This document shows positions 31,321 to 47,017 of a DNA stretch of 64,000 nt, piece after piece. The DNA is from Trichoplax adhaerens (Eukaryota; Animalia; Placozoa), in assembly GCF_000150275.1 (NCBI RefSeq), contig NW_002060943.1:11594878-11658877 (forward strand), read 5' to 3'. Position numbers and translations under genes: made by a program. The notes beneath the pieces were generated by a model. That model was not told the origin of the DNA. It searched no databases and was given only the letters and a program-made list of their open reading frames with translations. Numbering within the stretch: position 1 is the stretch's first letter; each line of letters starts with the position of its first letter.

Positions 31321-34300
31321 GCTTTAAAAAGATAAAGTTCGATTTACTTTCGTATGGCTTGATTCTGTTAGTAAATGATAAGAATCCAATCACTAGAAGC
31401 TTCGGGTGACTTTTTATCTTCAAACTTGAGAGCTTTGCGGTGCTACCAGTATAATTTATTGTATATTAGATTTCTTATTGTACAATGATACTTTAGATGG
31501 TAGAAGATCTGATAAGTTAATGGCATTAAAGTAAATTTAAAGTCAGTAACAATGGAATGTTTCTGTGTTCTCCTTTTACTTTACAGGCTTACTTATCAAT
31601 GTCTTAATTAGTAATGATATATAAAAGAAAGGTTTAAATCAGGTATTGGCGTATTAAATCAATTTTATAGACAAAATCGAAAAGTTTCATGATGTATTCA
31701 TTTAATCATCGTAAACATGGTCGATCTAAGTAAATAGTATAATGCCATCTAGCTCGAAAGTGCATTGCTAGTAATAATTATTTAGAATGGAATTACTTTA
31801 AAGGTAAACATCGGTAGATTTCATCGAATCATTTACTTAAAAATTAAGGATGTCTCAAAATCAAATCTATTCTTTAACGACAATGTAGAGTAACAGCGGG
31901 TCTTGCTATAGATTCCATGTACAACTTTATCAAGCTCAAATCAATAACAACTGATACATCCTTGTTACGTCCGTTTAATAAACTATTAACTTGATTAAAG
32001 TGTGTACTGTTGCTTTAGGGATAAATTTATTTCGATTCGTGGGTTACTAGTTAATTGTTGATTAACTTAAAGGCTAATTAATAATAGCTAATAGAAGTTG
32101 CCCTATAAAGGCCGAAATAGTCAATACTAGCGAAGCAAAACTGTAAAATCAATCCAACACCAGTCTAAATGTTGTCGCTGGGAATCGAAATTTAGAATTT
32201 TTGGATATTATAATATAATGTGTAAAATCTTGCTAGGATAGATAGATTTTTAGTTTATTAACACTAACAGACGGCAAGAGTATTTTTACTAATATACTTA
32301 CAACGATGATCATGAAGTCAACAGAGCACTATAAATTCTTCTAAGTTGCATTTTGTAAAGTGAATGATTTCGTTAAATGTCGGTAAGATATATAGAGTGC
32401 TAATAAAGTTTTACTGATACCTTATCACTTTTCTTTATTCGTTTTGGGCATTTTCAAACTGACTACTGCATATGCAAACAAATCTTTAGAATACGATTAA
32501 AACTAATTAAATCATGTATTATTTAATTATGAAATTAAAACGTCTAGCCTTTCTATTCTATGCGTTTGATGATCTATTCGGAACTGTATGTCTTGTGTCC
32601 AATATTATAATTTTGATCTAAAGACGGTAAGACTAATAACAGATTTACTGGCTTTTATTAGTGTAACTCAAATATTTGCAATTACGTGACCGCTATCACG
32701 AATTGAATAATTTATAATCTATTTTGTTATCTTTATACAAATAATTCAAGTTGCCCCGCAGAGGCGCTATGTTCTCGCTTCTGCCCATGAGCCCATTACT
32801 GTATCTATGACTATGTTCATTATTTTTATACTCCATTCTGTGTCTCCTGAACAATTGAGAGTTGATTTGCAGTAGCAGCATATTAAAAATAATGCACTGA
32901 TTTTATATTAAACATAAATATCTGGATGGTGTCGTATTACAGGTTATGAAATTGTAATGTACAAAATTAAATTGATATTTCTTATTTTAATCAAGCGTTT
33001 ATATTCTATGTTTTGGTTCTTACACGCGTAGGCTAGTTATAATACAGTCTAAAATATATAGAATCGAACATTTTTGGAGGCAAAATACCGTTTACATTAA
33101 TTCTTTGTAAATAAATATTGAGTATTAAGAGAACTTTAGAGACGCTCAGTATAATGCTACATAAAACAACAATTCAGAGATGCCTCGTTTTCTGCCTTAT
33201 TTTTGCGATACTGTTGGGTCTAAGATACAACACGAGTATGAGGTAAATTATATATTTGTCGTCCTGCTGATTATATGTCTTAACAGACTTTAAACTGAGA
33301 CACTTAATAAATTTAGAAAAAAGGCAATGATATAATTTTATAATACTGCACCGCTCTTGAAAGTGTATGAATTTATTCTGCTTGGGGATATTTTAAAATA
33401 GGTACGGTATTGTCTCCTCATTTAAGGTAAGACTTCGATAGATGCCGACAGAGTTGGATATAATTTATATATTCTGTGCTAATCTTTAAGTTCAGAAGTT
33501 ATTGCCGTTTCAGATATGCGTTTATTCTGTAATCAAATGATGGTAATTAAAGATGCAAGTAGGAAATGAATTTAATGTTTGAATAATTTGATATGTACGA
33601 GTATAATTTGTACTGAACGAATCAGACGTCAAATGCTGTGAATCTTTCCATCTGCAGCACAGTTTGGTAGCTACCGTAGATTTCATATTTAGTAATTAAA
33701 ATGGCTGCATAGCATCATTTCTGGGGCACTGTATGGGTAAATTATTGAGAGGGTAAAATAGAGGGTGAAGTAAATTTCTGTAGTTCCTTTCGGTCTATTT
33801 TGATCGCAACGTTTTAGGATCATCAGGACTGCAATTGGATTACCATATATATCAGTGACTAAGTTTAGGCTTTTAGTTTTACACTTTAATTATGGTCAAC
33901 CACGAAGCATTCATAAGTCGAAGTGAGCCAGCATTTTATTTTCATTGTTCGATCTAAATGACTGAGATAGTGATATTATTCGCTATTTTGCATTGTTAGA
34001 AATACATCACTAGAATATGAGAAACTTTATCTCATATGAAGTGCCAAATTCTTTCTTTACGATTGAGTTGATAAATTCTTTTATGAATAAACAGCTATAA
34101 TGATGTAATATTAGGTTATCATTAGAATTTTAACTAAAAAAATAGGAAATTTCTATACAGAAGACGATATTACTGTTATGATAACGAATAAATTTAATAT
34201 ATTCAGTTATGACATTTTATTATAAGCCAAAAGTTCCAGCGTCGCTTTGATTGATTCGTTATGATATGGCTTTAAGATCGTAAGAAATGATTTTTAAAGA

Positions 34301-34972
34301 TACTATGGTAACCGAAAAAGGGCACCTTTGACTTTTGACTACATTGAAATAATTAAAGATATTTACAAAGCTAGCTATGTGACTGAATCTGGCTGAATGG
34401 GCTTTACTCTATTGCTTTATATAAAATGTTCGGTAATTATTTGATTCAACAATAAGTAAGTTCTTTCATTTAAACAAGTATATAAAATTTGTAACTTTTA
34501 ATATAGAAGTACAGTATATACCAAACATTTGCAAGGCCTATGTTAAAATATTTGTGTGCGATTATCTTTTATATATTATTATTTAAATATACCCGTATGT
34601 CGCGAACACAATGTATAATTGTAATCAAATACTTCCTCGACAGCCAATGTGTTAATTTTTCAAAAAATAAAATATTTACTTTTAAGATAGACTTTAAAGT
34701 TGATTTGCATATAGTATTATAGCTGTTTGCCTACCAAGAAATGGCCAAAAATAGAATAGTACGGTCTTCAAACTGTCAACGAGTAGGTATGTTGCGAATT
34801 ATGCACATACCAAATCAGCACTCAATGCTCCTTTTATAACCACATAGTTTATGTAGGTTTCCAGATCAACGTAGCAAATCTTTATCGTAAAAGTGGTGTT
34901 TTCTATTGCAATGATATCGACCATTAGATATTTGTACATTAAAGTTTTTACTGAATATTTCTTTTAAAGATT

Positions 34973-37937
34973 TCAACAAATGATAATGTCGACTAGTTTG
35001 TTAGTACTGACCTCCTGTAATATATCGCTATTTTCAGATACAACCTGTTGGTCATCTACTAATACATCGTTATCGCCAATAAGTCGAAGCATTTTTTCTC
35101 TATCATTTACCAGAGTTAACGATGCAAATAAATGAAAGCCGCAACCAAGCATACAAACAAATGTACAAATCAATAGAGAATATCTTAGAGCGTAGGATTG
35201 AGCAACTGGGCTTTTATTTATGGTGATTGCATCCGATATCTGTCACAACATGATGTGATAAAGATTGTTTTAAAATCTTAAATAAATCATCAAAGTAATT
35301 TCAAAAGAAGAAGATAGGCTAACCGCTCCAACAATGTAAGGACTAGCAGCATCCCCGAGTAAATGACCTACAGCAATTTGAAAGGCTTCTGCTGTTGAAC
35401 GTCTGGCAGGTGGTATAGTATACTTTATCCGCAATTGGACATGTCAACGGATAAATATTAAATGAATTTAGTTATTATACGAGGTGAGCAAATGTAGCGA
35501 TTAGGTTAAATGTTGGTGTTACTGATATATCTGCGTTGCAAGACACGTACGTAACCGCCGTTAATGCACTTACCAATAATATATCTGTAATAGGAGTGGT
35601 GAGTAAGAAAATGGCGAAGCAGCCCATGAATACGAAAACCTGCGAAAATAAACCAGATTGAACGTCTTAATTTAATATGGTTGTTGCTACACGGTATAAC
35701 TTGAACTTTAGAGTAATTTTTGCATGATAATTACCCATGCTATGACTATGCTGAATTCACCAAATACTAAACAAAGGTACAGTGATATCCCAGATGTAGC
35801 CATACCAACTGCGCATACAATAGCATCACCTTCCTTAATCACATTTTCTTTTAAATAACTTGCGGCTCCAGCGCCAGTTAATACGCCAGCTATACCACCA
35901 AAGCACAGTATTATACCAAAATATAATCCGGTTCTGATGTAGAAGTTAAAGGTAAATTTAGAAATTGCACCATGTAGCTGATCGGTGCATTTAGAAGTAG
36001 AAGTACACAATTAAATATGTTATTAGTTTTATTATTTGAGTACACACTGAAGTAGCGTAGCATGTCCAGTTATGCTAAGCTGCAGGTAATATAAAGTCGG
36101 TGCCGACCAGAATGCCAGCGCTCCTATGGTAAAAAATTGACAGGCATATCCAAGACTGGAAAGAACATAAGTCCGCCTATTTACGAGTAATTGGATATTT
36201 ATCATTTAAGGCTTGTAATGATTTTAGAAAAATAAAGAATTATTACGTTTTAAGAATTGCTTTAATATCGGTTATCCAACTAGTAGCGCGAAATCCATGC
36301 CAATTGTCGGTAACATTTGAATTTACTTCTGCATTACCGCGGGGTGGATTTTCGTTAAATAAAATACAGATTACTGCTGTTACAACTCCTATGCCGGGAG
36401 AGACCTATTTGCAGTAAATTTGAGGTTAAAAGAAACGAAATTTTGAACGTAACGTTGGTATCAGCTTTGATTATTACCAACATATCGCCGTAACTACTAC
36501 ATAACTTTCGAGTACCTAACTTAACTTACCCAGAAAGCAGCTCTCCAGGTTTTTGCAGCTTTCGCTACAAATGTTCCAACTAGAAATCCCAAAGCACTAT
36601 CAATTATCAATATGTAATCCGGGATGATTAAAAAGATTTTAGTAGTTAAATGAAACTATCATAGGAGATAGGTTATGTAATGTACTGTATGTTGCAATAA
36701 CATGTAATTATTTCTATTAAACTTGTATAAATACGGAGTTATATTTATCCTTAAGGTACGTATTGCGTTATATCAATCGCGTTACTTGAGCGATAATTTC
36801 ATATTACCTTCCAATTGGAACAGCTAGATAATATAAAGCTAGTGCAGTAGTGCGTTTTCTGTCAGTGAATAAATCAGCAATAATTGTAGGAGCAATAATA
36901 CCATAACTTGCTTCACCAATTCCGCTGCATGCACGTAATAATAGGAATAGCCAGAAATGCTTTCATAGGAAATATTAGAAATTGTATGTCTGTTAATAGC
37001 TTTAAAACTAAGTAAATACTCCAGTCGATGCATTTATGAAGCATTTTCGCACGTACTATATAATATGTGGGTATGAATAATGCTATGTTCTACTACTTGT
37101 ACTGTACGTATATCAAAAACGAGATAGTAAGCATATAATTTTATTCGAGAGAAGATGAGTTAGAATTACAATTTTGGTAGAGTTACCTGTTTACCCTTTG
37201 CCACAAATGATGAAGCAAATGTTACTGATGCCCACATAAGCAGTCCCATAGACATTAAAGTATTGCGATTAAAGCGGTCTCCCAGGAAACCAAAAACTGG
37301 AGAAAAGGTCAGATAGCTAATAATAAACACACTCTGAATAATGCCCGCCTGTCCGTTATTAAGATCGAATGCTTTCTTAATATCAGGTAGAACACCTAAT
37401 GAAATAGCAATTTTAAAATGTTACAATTATTCGTGATGAATCCAAGCATAAGTATCTTCTACAGTAGCAAGGTAGAACATGAATATTCCAGAATTAACTA
37501 ATTAACTCATAAACTAGCTCGTCTGTCTTATATTTTACGTATACATTATCAGTAATTGGAATAGCTTGACAAATAATTATATCATGTAATCGCAATTGCA
37601 AGTATTATGCTGACTAATAACTCAAGGTTGTAAATAATTGTTATGAGCTGCACCTATAGCACGTCTTATATTAATTTAATTTGATATATACGAGCTGTCC
37701 AAGTTATCTTTATCAATCGGCTGTGTGAAGTATACTGCAGTGCATAAAATTGAGTAGTGTAGATACAATAGAGTACAGTACGTCTATGTTGGTCTATTTG
37801 ATCGCATTCTATAATTTAGTTCCTAAAATTCTTGTACAATTATCTCAACCTGATACTGTCACACGGTCCATGTTGTTCAGTAAGCTCATTACTGTCAAAA
37901 CAAAGACAGTAAAGATGGTTCGTTTGCTGTTAGCCAT
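34973..37937 (-). CDS. SPNS: Spinster-family MFS transporter, paralog B
   Basis: [71 protein letters not shown]. Confidence 0.88.
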
Positions 37938-39807
37938 CTTTTTACTTGTCGTTAATCCAAAACACTTTTCTACAAACTTCTCACAAGTTACAGTACCATC
38001 TTTACTCGTAATCGGGGACGACTGATAACTGCTGGCTCAGATTTTATTTTTATCTTTCTATCCTGTGCAATTTCAATTTTGGCTTTCTATCTTTGTCATC
38101 TTTAAATTTGAACACAGCGATTTTGAGCAGTAGAAAGCGCTGACTTTTGATAATATCCTTCAGTAAGCTATCGTTCAGTGGAAGCTTCGGACTCTTGCGT
38201 CTTGACTACAGTACAGTACTGTACAGTGAAATTTTCCTACGCATGCAGTACAGTACAGTACAGTGCAATCTGCAGTCCTCGGAACACTACTGTATAGTGT
38301 ATACTGTATGTATGATATGCTCGATTACAGCGATATTCTGGAATTACGGGGAATATAAGCATACCCGTAGATGATAAAGTATATGAAATTCATTTTCTGT
38401 AAGTAGAACCATGGACAACTTAATATACCATCTAGAGCATAAAAAGTGGTATTTCATATCCAGGTACTGCCTCGTACAACAATGCCTAATAACAAACCAT
38501 ACGGGCATTTCGTAGACTATGATTCGTATGTCTATCATGATGTTTATACGATACGAAACTTTGTGTATAGTAGATTTGCGCTAATAAATGGGGTTATACT
38601 TCACGCTTTAGCGATTTCCGTTCTATCCTAACCGCAAATGCCATATCGACCTTACTAAGTTGGGTAATGATAAAATTGTTGTTAGTAGAAGCTAACAATA
38701 TCGGAATACTCGTAGATCATTCACCTACTTAAGGGGTTTACAGTAAACTTTACACTTTAAAAGTATGGTATATCTGCACCGTATAACACATGTTATACAG
38801 TTATAGTATATAGTATAAGGCCAAAATCTACGTCTTAATACTGTGATTTCGGAGATGCAATGTAAAAGTAATATGATACTGGTACAGTACTGAACTCTAT
38901 TCGAATAATGTAACGTAACGTAGGGCAGCTTCAATTACTGGTCGATTTTTCCTTAAGTTAACCACACATCGATATACGATCTACCATGCATTGTACAACT
39001 TTTTATTGATAATTGTAATGTATATTTGGTATACGGTCTTGTAACACACTGCCGATATAAGTATAAAGTCTAAAATGGAATTACAATTATAGGTTATAGT
39101 TGGTATTGCATAAATGCTAGTAGAAAGCCAATCCAAATAGTAAAAATATTATCGTTACAGAATATTTGTTAGTTAGTTGTACTTGATCTATAAATTTCAG
39201 CTGATGACTATAGATTGTTGTTCGCATAAATACTATAATAGAATCTTCTAATTTGAGATTTCTTAATAACGCGAGAGCAATTCGTAGAATAGTCGTAACT
39301 TTATAACAACTTCAGATCGGCTAGATGATAAATAGATTAATAATTGGAAGGAAATAAATTTCTAGATATAACAGCATAAAATATTGACTATTATTTGAAA
39401 ATGACAATGGATATTACCTAGCAATCAGTACTTTCCATATATATTTTCTATGATTTATATAACTTATCAGCAGCGATCAACAATTTTACCTGCTAATACT
39501 TCTGTTTATTTTTAACATGCACATATAACAGTAGTATCGCCATTTTTCTCCATTGATTACTATTTACAATGAGGCGCTGTAGATTTTTATAATTAATAAA
39601 ATCCATGAATAGCAATTAAACAACCTTCAGTGAAATTGGAAAATTTTTAGCCATTATCTACATATGTAAATTACATTATTTTACGATTGATTTTCTCTTT
39701 AATTCTGCCATTTCGACGATTACACTGCTTTAAAATCATTAGCAACATATACCATCATAGAATACACTTCCATGAAGTTTCATCATAAATGTGGAGGTTT
39801 CTGAGAA

Positions 39808-42773
39808 TTATAAAAATAATATCAAATGAATATGGCAGAAAAACTGGCTTTGTGATATTGGCGCGTATAACCTATAGAGTACCTCGTATGGAATCTGGCT
39901 ATCTTCATTCTCAATCTGTTGATATTCAGCTCTTACAACGTTGTCTCTTATCTGTTGTAACATTTTCTGTTGATCTCTCACCAATGTTAAAGATGCTAGT
40001 AAATGAAAGCCACAGCCCAAAATGCAAGCAAACGGACAAATCAAAAGAGAGTATCGTAAAGCATAAGATTGAGCAGCTGGTCCTTCATTTGTGGTTATTG
40101 AATCTGCTATCTGCATATTAATAAAGTTTTCAAAAATTATCAAATGAATGTTTTTTAAAACTATATTATAGCCCTTATTTACAGCACTATTTGATACATG
40201 TAGCACTATCTGATCATAACTGACCGCTCCAACAATATACGAACTGGCAGAATCTCCAAGTACATGGCCCATTGCTATTTGAAAAGCTTCGGCTGTTGAT
40301 CGTCTAGCTGGTGGTACAGTGTACTACATTTGTGTAGTATAGATTGATATAAATTAAGATTTTCGATTAAAGGGATGTCCTATCGCTGTACTTACCAGAA
40401 GTATATCCGCTATAGGAGTACCGAGCATGAAGATGCTAAAGGAGGTGATAAATAGAAAGGCCTACAGGGAGATTTAAAAGAAAGTACGTATTGTAGGGCT
40501 AACAGTCACTAAGGTAATAGAGCAACATAACGTACCCATGCTACTCCCAAGTTCAGTCGTCCAAGCGTCAAACAAAGATATAGAGATATTCCTGAAGCCA
40601 ACATACTAAGGGCACATACAATAGCGTCACCTTCCATTATCTTACGTTTTTTTAAGTAATTAGCAGCAGCAGCCCCAGTTAATACGCCACATATCCCACC
40701 AACAAGTAGAATTACACCAAAGTATAACCCAATTCTAAGATCAGGTTGATCAAATAAGAGAAAAATTTTCATGATATAGGATTTTAATCATTGATACCAT
40801 TGTCATAAAATAGGAATGCTAGAGTGGTTGTCTTTGTGAATCTTGCAGACTATAGAGCATACGTACTGAGATAAAGTAGCGTAACCGGTTAAGCTAAGCT
40901 GTAAGTAGTATAAGGCGGATACAATCCAAAATGCTAATGCTCCTAGAGTAAAGAACTGGCAGGCGTATCCCAGGCTAGACAATACATATGTTGGCCTACA
41001 GCAAAGATTAGTGATTGAAAGCGATTAAATGACGATCATTCGTCAATATTCTTTCTATATTTCAGAGAATGTCATAAGATTATTACGTTTTGAGGATTGC
41101 TTTTATATCAGATATCCATGTGGTAGCTTCAAAGCCATGCCAATCTTGTGTCACGTTTGATTCTACCTCTGCTTTACCGCGTGGGGGATTTTCATTAAAT
41201 AATATGCTAAACACCGCTGTTAAAATTCCTAAACCAGGTGACACCTAATGAATAATAATTTATTATAAGGTCGAATCACGATTGCATGTACATGTATGAC
41301 ATTGTTACAAAACTACATTTCGATATGTACTTCTACTTATATACGAGTACGAATAATTGTAGTTACCCAGAAAGCAGCTCTCCAAGTTTTAGCAGCCATT
41401 GCTACAAATGTTCCAATGTATAGCCCTAGGGCTCTATCGTAATGTAAGGGTTAATATGATAAATTATATTAAATTATTGTAGTTGTTCGCAAAATAGTTA
41501 CTAATCATAAATATGAACTTTAGGATGTTGATAACGTTCAAAAAATTTATAGTGTATCCCATGCAGCCATGCTATTTTATGGGAATTTGTTAAGTTATCT
41601 TTCGTAAATTAAAATTACCCTCCAATTGGAACAGCTAAATAATATATTGCCAGTACGAGCGATCTCATTCTATTGGTAAATAGGTCAGCGATAATTGTAG
41701 GAGCAATAATACCATAACTAGCTTCACCAATGCCACTACATCCACGCAGCACCAAGAATAACCAATAATGCTAGTTAGGTGGAAAAATATGTCAAAAATT
41801 GAATACCATACGTATTTGTTTCATCTCCAGTATGCTAAATACCCGTTTCTACAAATTGTATTATTATACCATAGATACCTGATAGCCATCTGCTACGAAA
41901 GAAGAAGCAAACGTCACGGATGACCAAATAATTAATCCTGTAAACATCAAAATTTTGCGATTGTAGCGATCGCCCAAGAAGCCATAAATTAGAGCACTGA
42001 TCAAGTAGCTAATAACAAAAACAGTTTGGATTAAGCCGGCTTGGGTGTTGTTGAGGCTGAAGGCCTTCTTGATATCAGGTAAAACACCTACACGGAGTGC
42101 AACAATAAAAATAACCATTGGGTTTGACATAAAAATGGGCTTGTACTACGAACACAAAATGGAATTTTGCGCCTACAAATACTGTAATACGATGCAACAA
42201 ATGAAAGCACTCGTATCATATAGTATTTAATATGGCCAGAGCTTAATATCATGATGATTTTCTAGTATTACTGCATTGTATGAGCCAAAAATTTAGGATC
42301 TCATTGATTCGATAGGGTTTACAGTTTACATTACGAAATCCTCTTGAACTTTGATGCACGGTTGGCATTCGTAGTGTACTGTACAGTACAGTACTGTATA
42401 ATGCAGTAGTACTGACTGATATGCTGTCCTGAAGATTTTAAAACTCGCAAGTGCGCCCACTATATAGTATCAGACAGTAGGAGTACTACACTAATTTGTA
42501 AATTTAAATATTGATAATATCACTATTATCATTGTCATTACTTGGTTAATTACGTTAACTAATACTACGATGGTCATACTGTATTTGTCATTCGATAAAC
42601 GATTATTAATCTTTGATCTATTGATAGTTAAATGAATGAAGTTTTATATGAAACTATTTCTAGGCCTACTTTTGTCCATTACCTGATATAGTCACACGAT
42701 CCATGTTGTTCAGCAGGTTCATTAAGGTCAAGCTAATTACCGTACAGATAATCCGTTTATTATTTTCGGCCAT
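39808..42773 (-). CDS. SPNS: Spinster-family MFS transporter, paralog C (3' end approximate)
   Basis: [53 protein letters not shown]; closest in sequence to paralog B. Confidence 0.88.
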
Positions 42774-43109
42774 TGCAGTATGGACGAATTGGTAATGATT
42801 TGCAGAAAGGATCGCGATAGTAGCTACCTCTGCACTACAACTTAATGGTAGATATAACAATGCATCAACGACATCAGTTTCGGGTTATGCCATTTCATCC
42901 AAGCCTATTTCTCCATCGTTTTTGTGTACTGTTAGCTTATTACGCAGTGCGGATGCTGCATTGATCTGTATAATTCAGAAATGCAAACGTCTTTCTCTCT
43001 ATTTTTGAGTATTCCCCTGATGTTAAGAGATCTGCAGATTATAAGGGAGAATCAAGGCGTGTAAGTTTTTGCGATGGAAATCAATCAACTGACTGGGAAT
43101 CTTATTCAT

Positions 43110-43525
43110 TGTACCGTACCGTAACGTACTGGACTGAGTTCCTTACTCCTGACAAGGCACTAGACCTGAGAAAGGGTTCGGCTCGGTTCGGTCCGGTCCG
43201 AACCGTTATGATCTATTGAAGGCACTAAAGTACAGTATGGAAACTAAACTGCACTGTACGAAGTACTGTAAAGTATACAGTAGTACTACAGTATACTGTA
43301 CTGTACGTACTGTACTGTACAGTATGACGTCATGTAATCTGGCCTACAAAGCAATGGCTACAATACCGAGCTACAGTACAGACCTTATAACAATTCTTCT
43401 GGTACAGTGTAAGTACTGTACTGTACTGTACTGTATAGTGTTGACAGAAAAAACTACAGTACTGTACTGTACTGTACCGTAAACAAGGTGAAAATAATGA
43501 CGTTACCGTAAACAGTACAGTACAA
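43110..43525. promoter_or_regulatory. Divergent promoter region between SPNS C and D, with TACAG arrays and a GGTCC/GGTTC pentamer run
   Basis: Head-to-head start codons at 42773 (-) and 43904 (+); tactg/tacag runs; ggttcggctcggttcggtccggtccgaacc at ~43176-43204. Confidence 0.55.
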
Positions 43526-43903
43526 CAATTTCCAAATTGGACCGTGACAGCGGCTCGTGTCGGCTACTATAGATACTGTTACAGGAGTAACAAATGACAT
43601 CTTCTCTATCTTTTAATTGTTGTTACTTTACTTTCTGCTTGGGATTAATTAAATCGATCACTTACTCGATCGGCGTTCTAATTTGGAAAAGTTTAGATGA
43701 AGAAGAAGCCGCTTGGTTTGACAGCGAATAGAATGCATTCTATATGAGCACAAGAACTACATACGTATCTACAACATAATTGAAGATTATCAATTTTCAT
43801 CAGTACTACTGTAGTACTGTCTATCTGGGACAGGTATTTTAAGTGATACAATTAATTATTGTTGAAACTCGTTGAAGGAAAGTTCAAGGAGAAAATCAAG
43901 AAA

Positions 43904-46900
43904 ATGGTGATGACAGCTAGGCAAGCGTATATAACAGTTGGGGTCCTCTTTCTCATCAATCTTTTAAATTACATGGATCGTTACACATTAGCCGGTACTT
44001 CAATATCATTACTGATATTACTACAGCTATCATTCATTGAACAAATTCGGTGCTATTTTATCTTTAACCTTAACTAAAAGCTAGAATTATGGTCAATCAT
44101 GGTGTGATGAACTTCACCAAATATAACTGTTAGGAAACTTTTCACTTCGATGAGCGTAGTCCAAGCGTACAGTACAGTACGACTATCAATGCTGTCCAAA
44201 ATAGCATGCTGTTACACTGTAGTTTACATAGTATTATTATCAATTTACCCGGTCTTCGCTTGAATAAATGATAAGATTAGCTGAAAGCTCAATTAAATTT
44301 ACTGGTTACAGTAGTTGATTTCCACTACCTTCTACCATGGACTACGACATTGTTAGTCCATGATTCTACATAGTACAGGTTACCATGCTTAATTGATATT
44401 ATTAGATTGTTGATGATATGCTCATAAGGATATCACATTATCATCTGATAGCATGATAAGATCAGAAATGGACGTTGTCTTCAATTTTCAATATCTGCTA
44501 AACCAGCTCACTATCCAATAGTACTTCCTCATTCATACTGTAGTCACTGTAGAACGTATATAAAAATAAATAATAAAAATAAATTTCTCTTAACGTATTA
44601 CTACTGTACAATAGGTGTACTTCCGATGATTAAGAAGGCTTTCGGACTTGATTTTGAAGTTGCTGGCCTGCTTCAGACTGTATTCATCGTTAGTTACATG
44701 TCTTTGGCGCCAATATTCGGCTACTTAGGTGATCGCTATAACAGGAAAATTATAATGGGTACTGGAATACTTATTTGGGCTGGGACAACATTAGCTACTT
44801 CTTTTGTTGCTGAAGGCAATAAGGCAAGTTACGATTGAGTCAATCTTGTGCTTTCTTTAACATATACTGTATACAGCGTGCAATATACATCTCTTAAATT
44901 TAAGTTAAACTACATACGCATCCAATGACCACTTTTAAAAGTTTCTGAACTTAACTGACGCCTGACGTATATCTTCACATACCGTAATAGCACTACTTTA
45001 CCATTGTTGTAAAACAATATTTATCGCTACAATTTTAATAGTATGGCTTATTTGTTAGTACAGTAAATTATTATTGCACTATTCGTGATGGCTTTTTATT
45101 AGAAGAAAGATTTAATTGAGTAAATCTCTAAAATTTTTAGAATGTATGGTTAATGCTGATTATTCGTGGATGTGTCGGTATTGGAGAAGCAAGCTATTCT
45201 ACTATCGCACCCACTATTATTGCCGATATGTTTAGCGGTCAGCAAAGAACGAAAATGCTAGCTTTTTTTTATTTCGCCATCCCGGTTGGAAGGTAAGAGT
45301 TAGATATCTACGTAAGATCACGGTATTTCATTTGGAAATGTTGTCAATTTTTGACTTATTGATGTAATAGCGGATTGGGCTATGTTTCTGGTTCACAAAT
45401 CGCAGCAGCAACGAAAAGCTGGAGATGGGCCTTTAGGGTATGCCGTAATTGTACACCTTAAAATATATGTAGTCCTTTAAAATAACGTTTCAATTTGTTA
45501 ACAGATAACTCCAGGGATCGCAGTTGTATTATCAGGGTTTTGTTTCTTTGTAATTACGGACCCTCCTAGAGGTCACTGCGAACAGGTGGCTCAAAATACT
45601 GAAAAGTATGAAGTTAAGGCCACAACTTGGAAAGCTGATATGAAAGCGTTACTTCGAAAGTTAGTAATTCTATTCCATTTAACTTCGATTAGGAAGGGAT
45701 ACAATAGTAAAAGTAAATATTTCATTTTGAAATCTTATCAACTTTCTTTTAAAATTACTGTATATTCAAACGCTGGTGAACTAATGTACCGAATGTACAC
45801 GTATAAAGCAAAACGTATGTTTGGACGACTATTGGCTTCACGTGTGTTGCTTTTACTACCGGTGCGTTAGCGTTTTGGGCACCCACTTATATTACTTCAG
45901 CTGAGTTAGCTCAGGGAATAACGTCTACCAGTAGGTTAGTACCAACTGTATATATTTTCAGTACGTTAACTTTACAGTTATGCTGAGATGTCATCTGATA
46001 TACATGATTAAAAATCCACTGAGTAATAAATTATAATTTTATTGACTTATGTTTTAATTTAATACAGCAAGATTTCAAGTGATTTCGAATTTCTTACAAA
46101 CTTAGTTTTCGAGATTTTTATGTGCATTAATTTTTACTTAATTTATTCTTTAATTAAAGTACTGGTTTGATCTTTGGCGCAATTACATGTGCTGCTGGTA
46201 TTACTGGAGTTCTTATCGGTGCAGAATCTTCAAGAAGATTTAGAAATCGTATACCATATGCTGATGCTATTATATGTGCAGTCGGTTTGCTAGCTTCTGC
46301 TCCATTTGTATATGTTAGTTTATTTTTGGCCGAAGTTAGTTTGCCTCTTGTGTGGGTAAGTGTTTTATAAGTCTTTAGCTTTACAACAGAAGTTTTAGAA
46401 GTTATGTTTGATGCCAATTAGGTACTGATTTTTATTGGTGAAGTTTTAATTAACTTAAATTGGACACCGATAGCAGATATACTACTGGTACGTAGATTAA
46501 AGGATATATTAGTTCCCATGAAAATACTAAAATTTTATTATGCAAATTTGAGAAATAATCTTTATAATAATATAATTTTATTATATTAGTATACTGTTCC
46601 CCCTGCAAGGCGGTCAACAGCGGAAGCATTCCAAATATTATTTTCCCATTTATTTGGGGACGCTGGAAGTCCATATCTAATTGGTGCAGTAAGTAATATC
46701 GTATGCTTATATATTTGAAATCTAGTACTGGTTTTCTAACATATCAGTCACTATTTGATATTTCTATTTGTCAGATTGCTGATTCTATCACAACCAATAA
46801 AGAGCCAGCCTTTCAAGCTTTTGCGCTGAAGTACGCCTTATCAATCACAACTTTTGTATGTGTACTTGGAGGAGCTGGATTTTTGATGGCTTCCTTTTCA

Positions 46901-47017
46901 TTAGAAAAAGACCGTAAGGAAGCTGAGTTTCAAACTGAGCATAATATTAAAAATCAGATTGAAAACTATGATGAAAGTATTCATGACGACGTGAGTATCG
47001 ATGTCAAAATCTGCTAA
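43904..47017 (+). CDS. SPNS1: Spinster-family MFS transporter, paralog D (most canonical, SPNS1-like)
   Basis: [86 protein letters not shown]. Confidence 0.9.

Noticed and set aside
31400-34900. Long intergenic stretch between SPNS A and B (similarly 58350-60300)
   Set aside because: No SPNS remnants, convincing exons, repeats or structure recognised by eye
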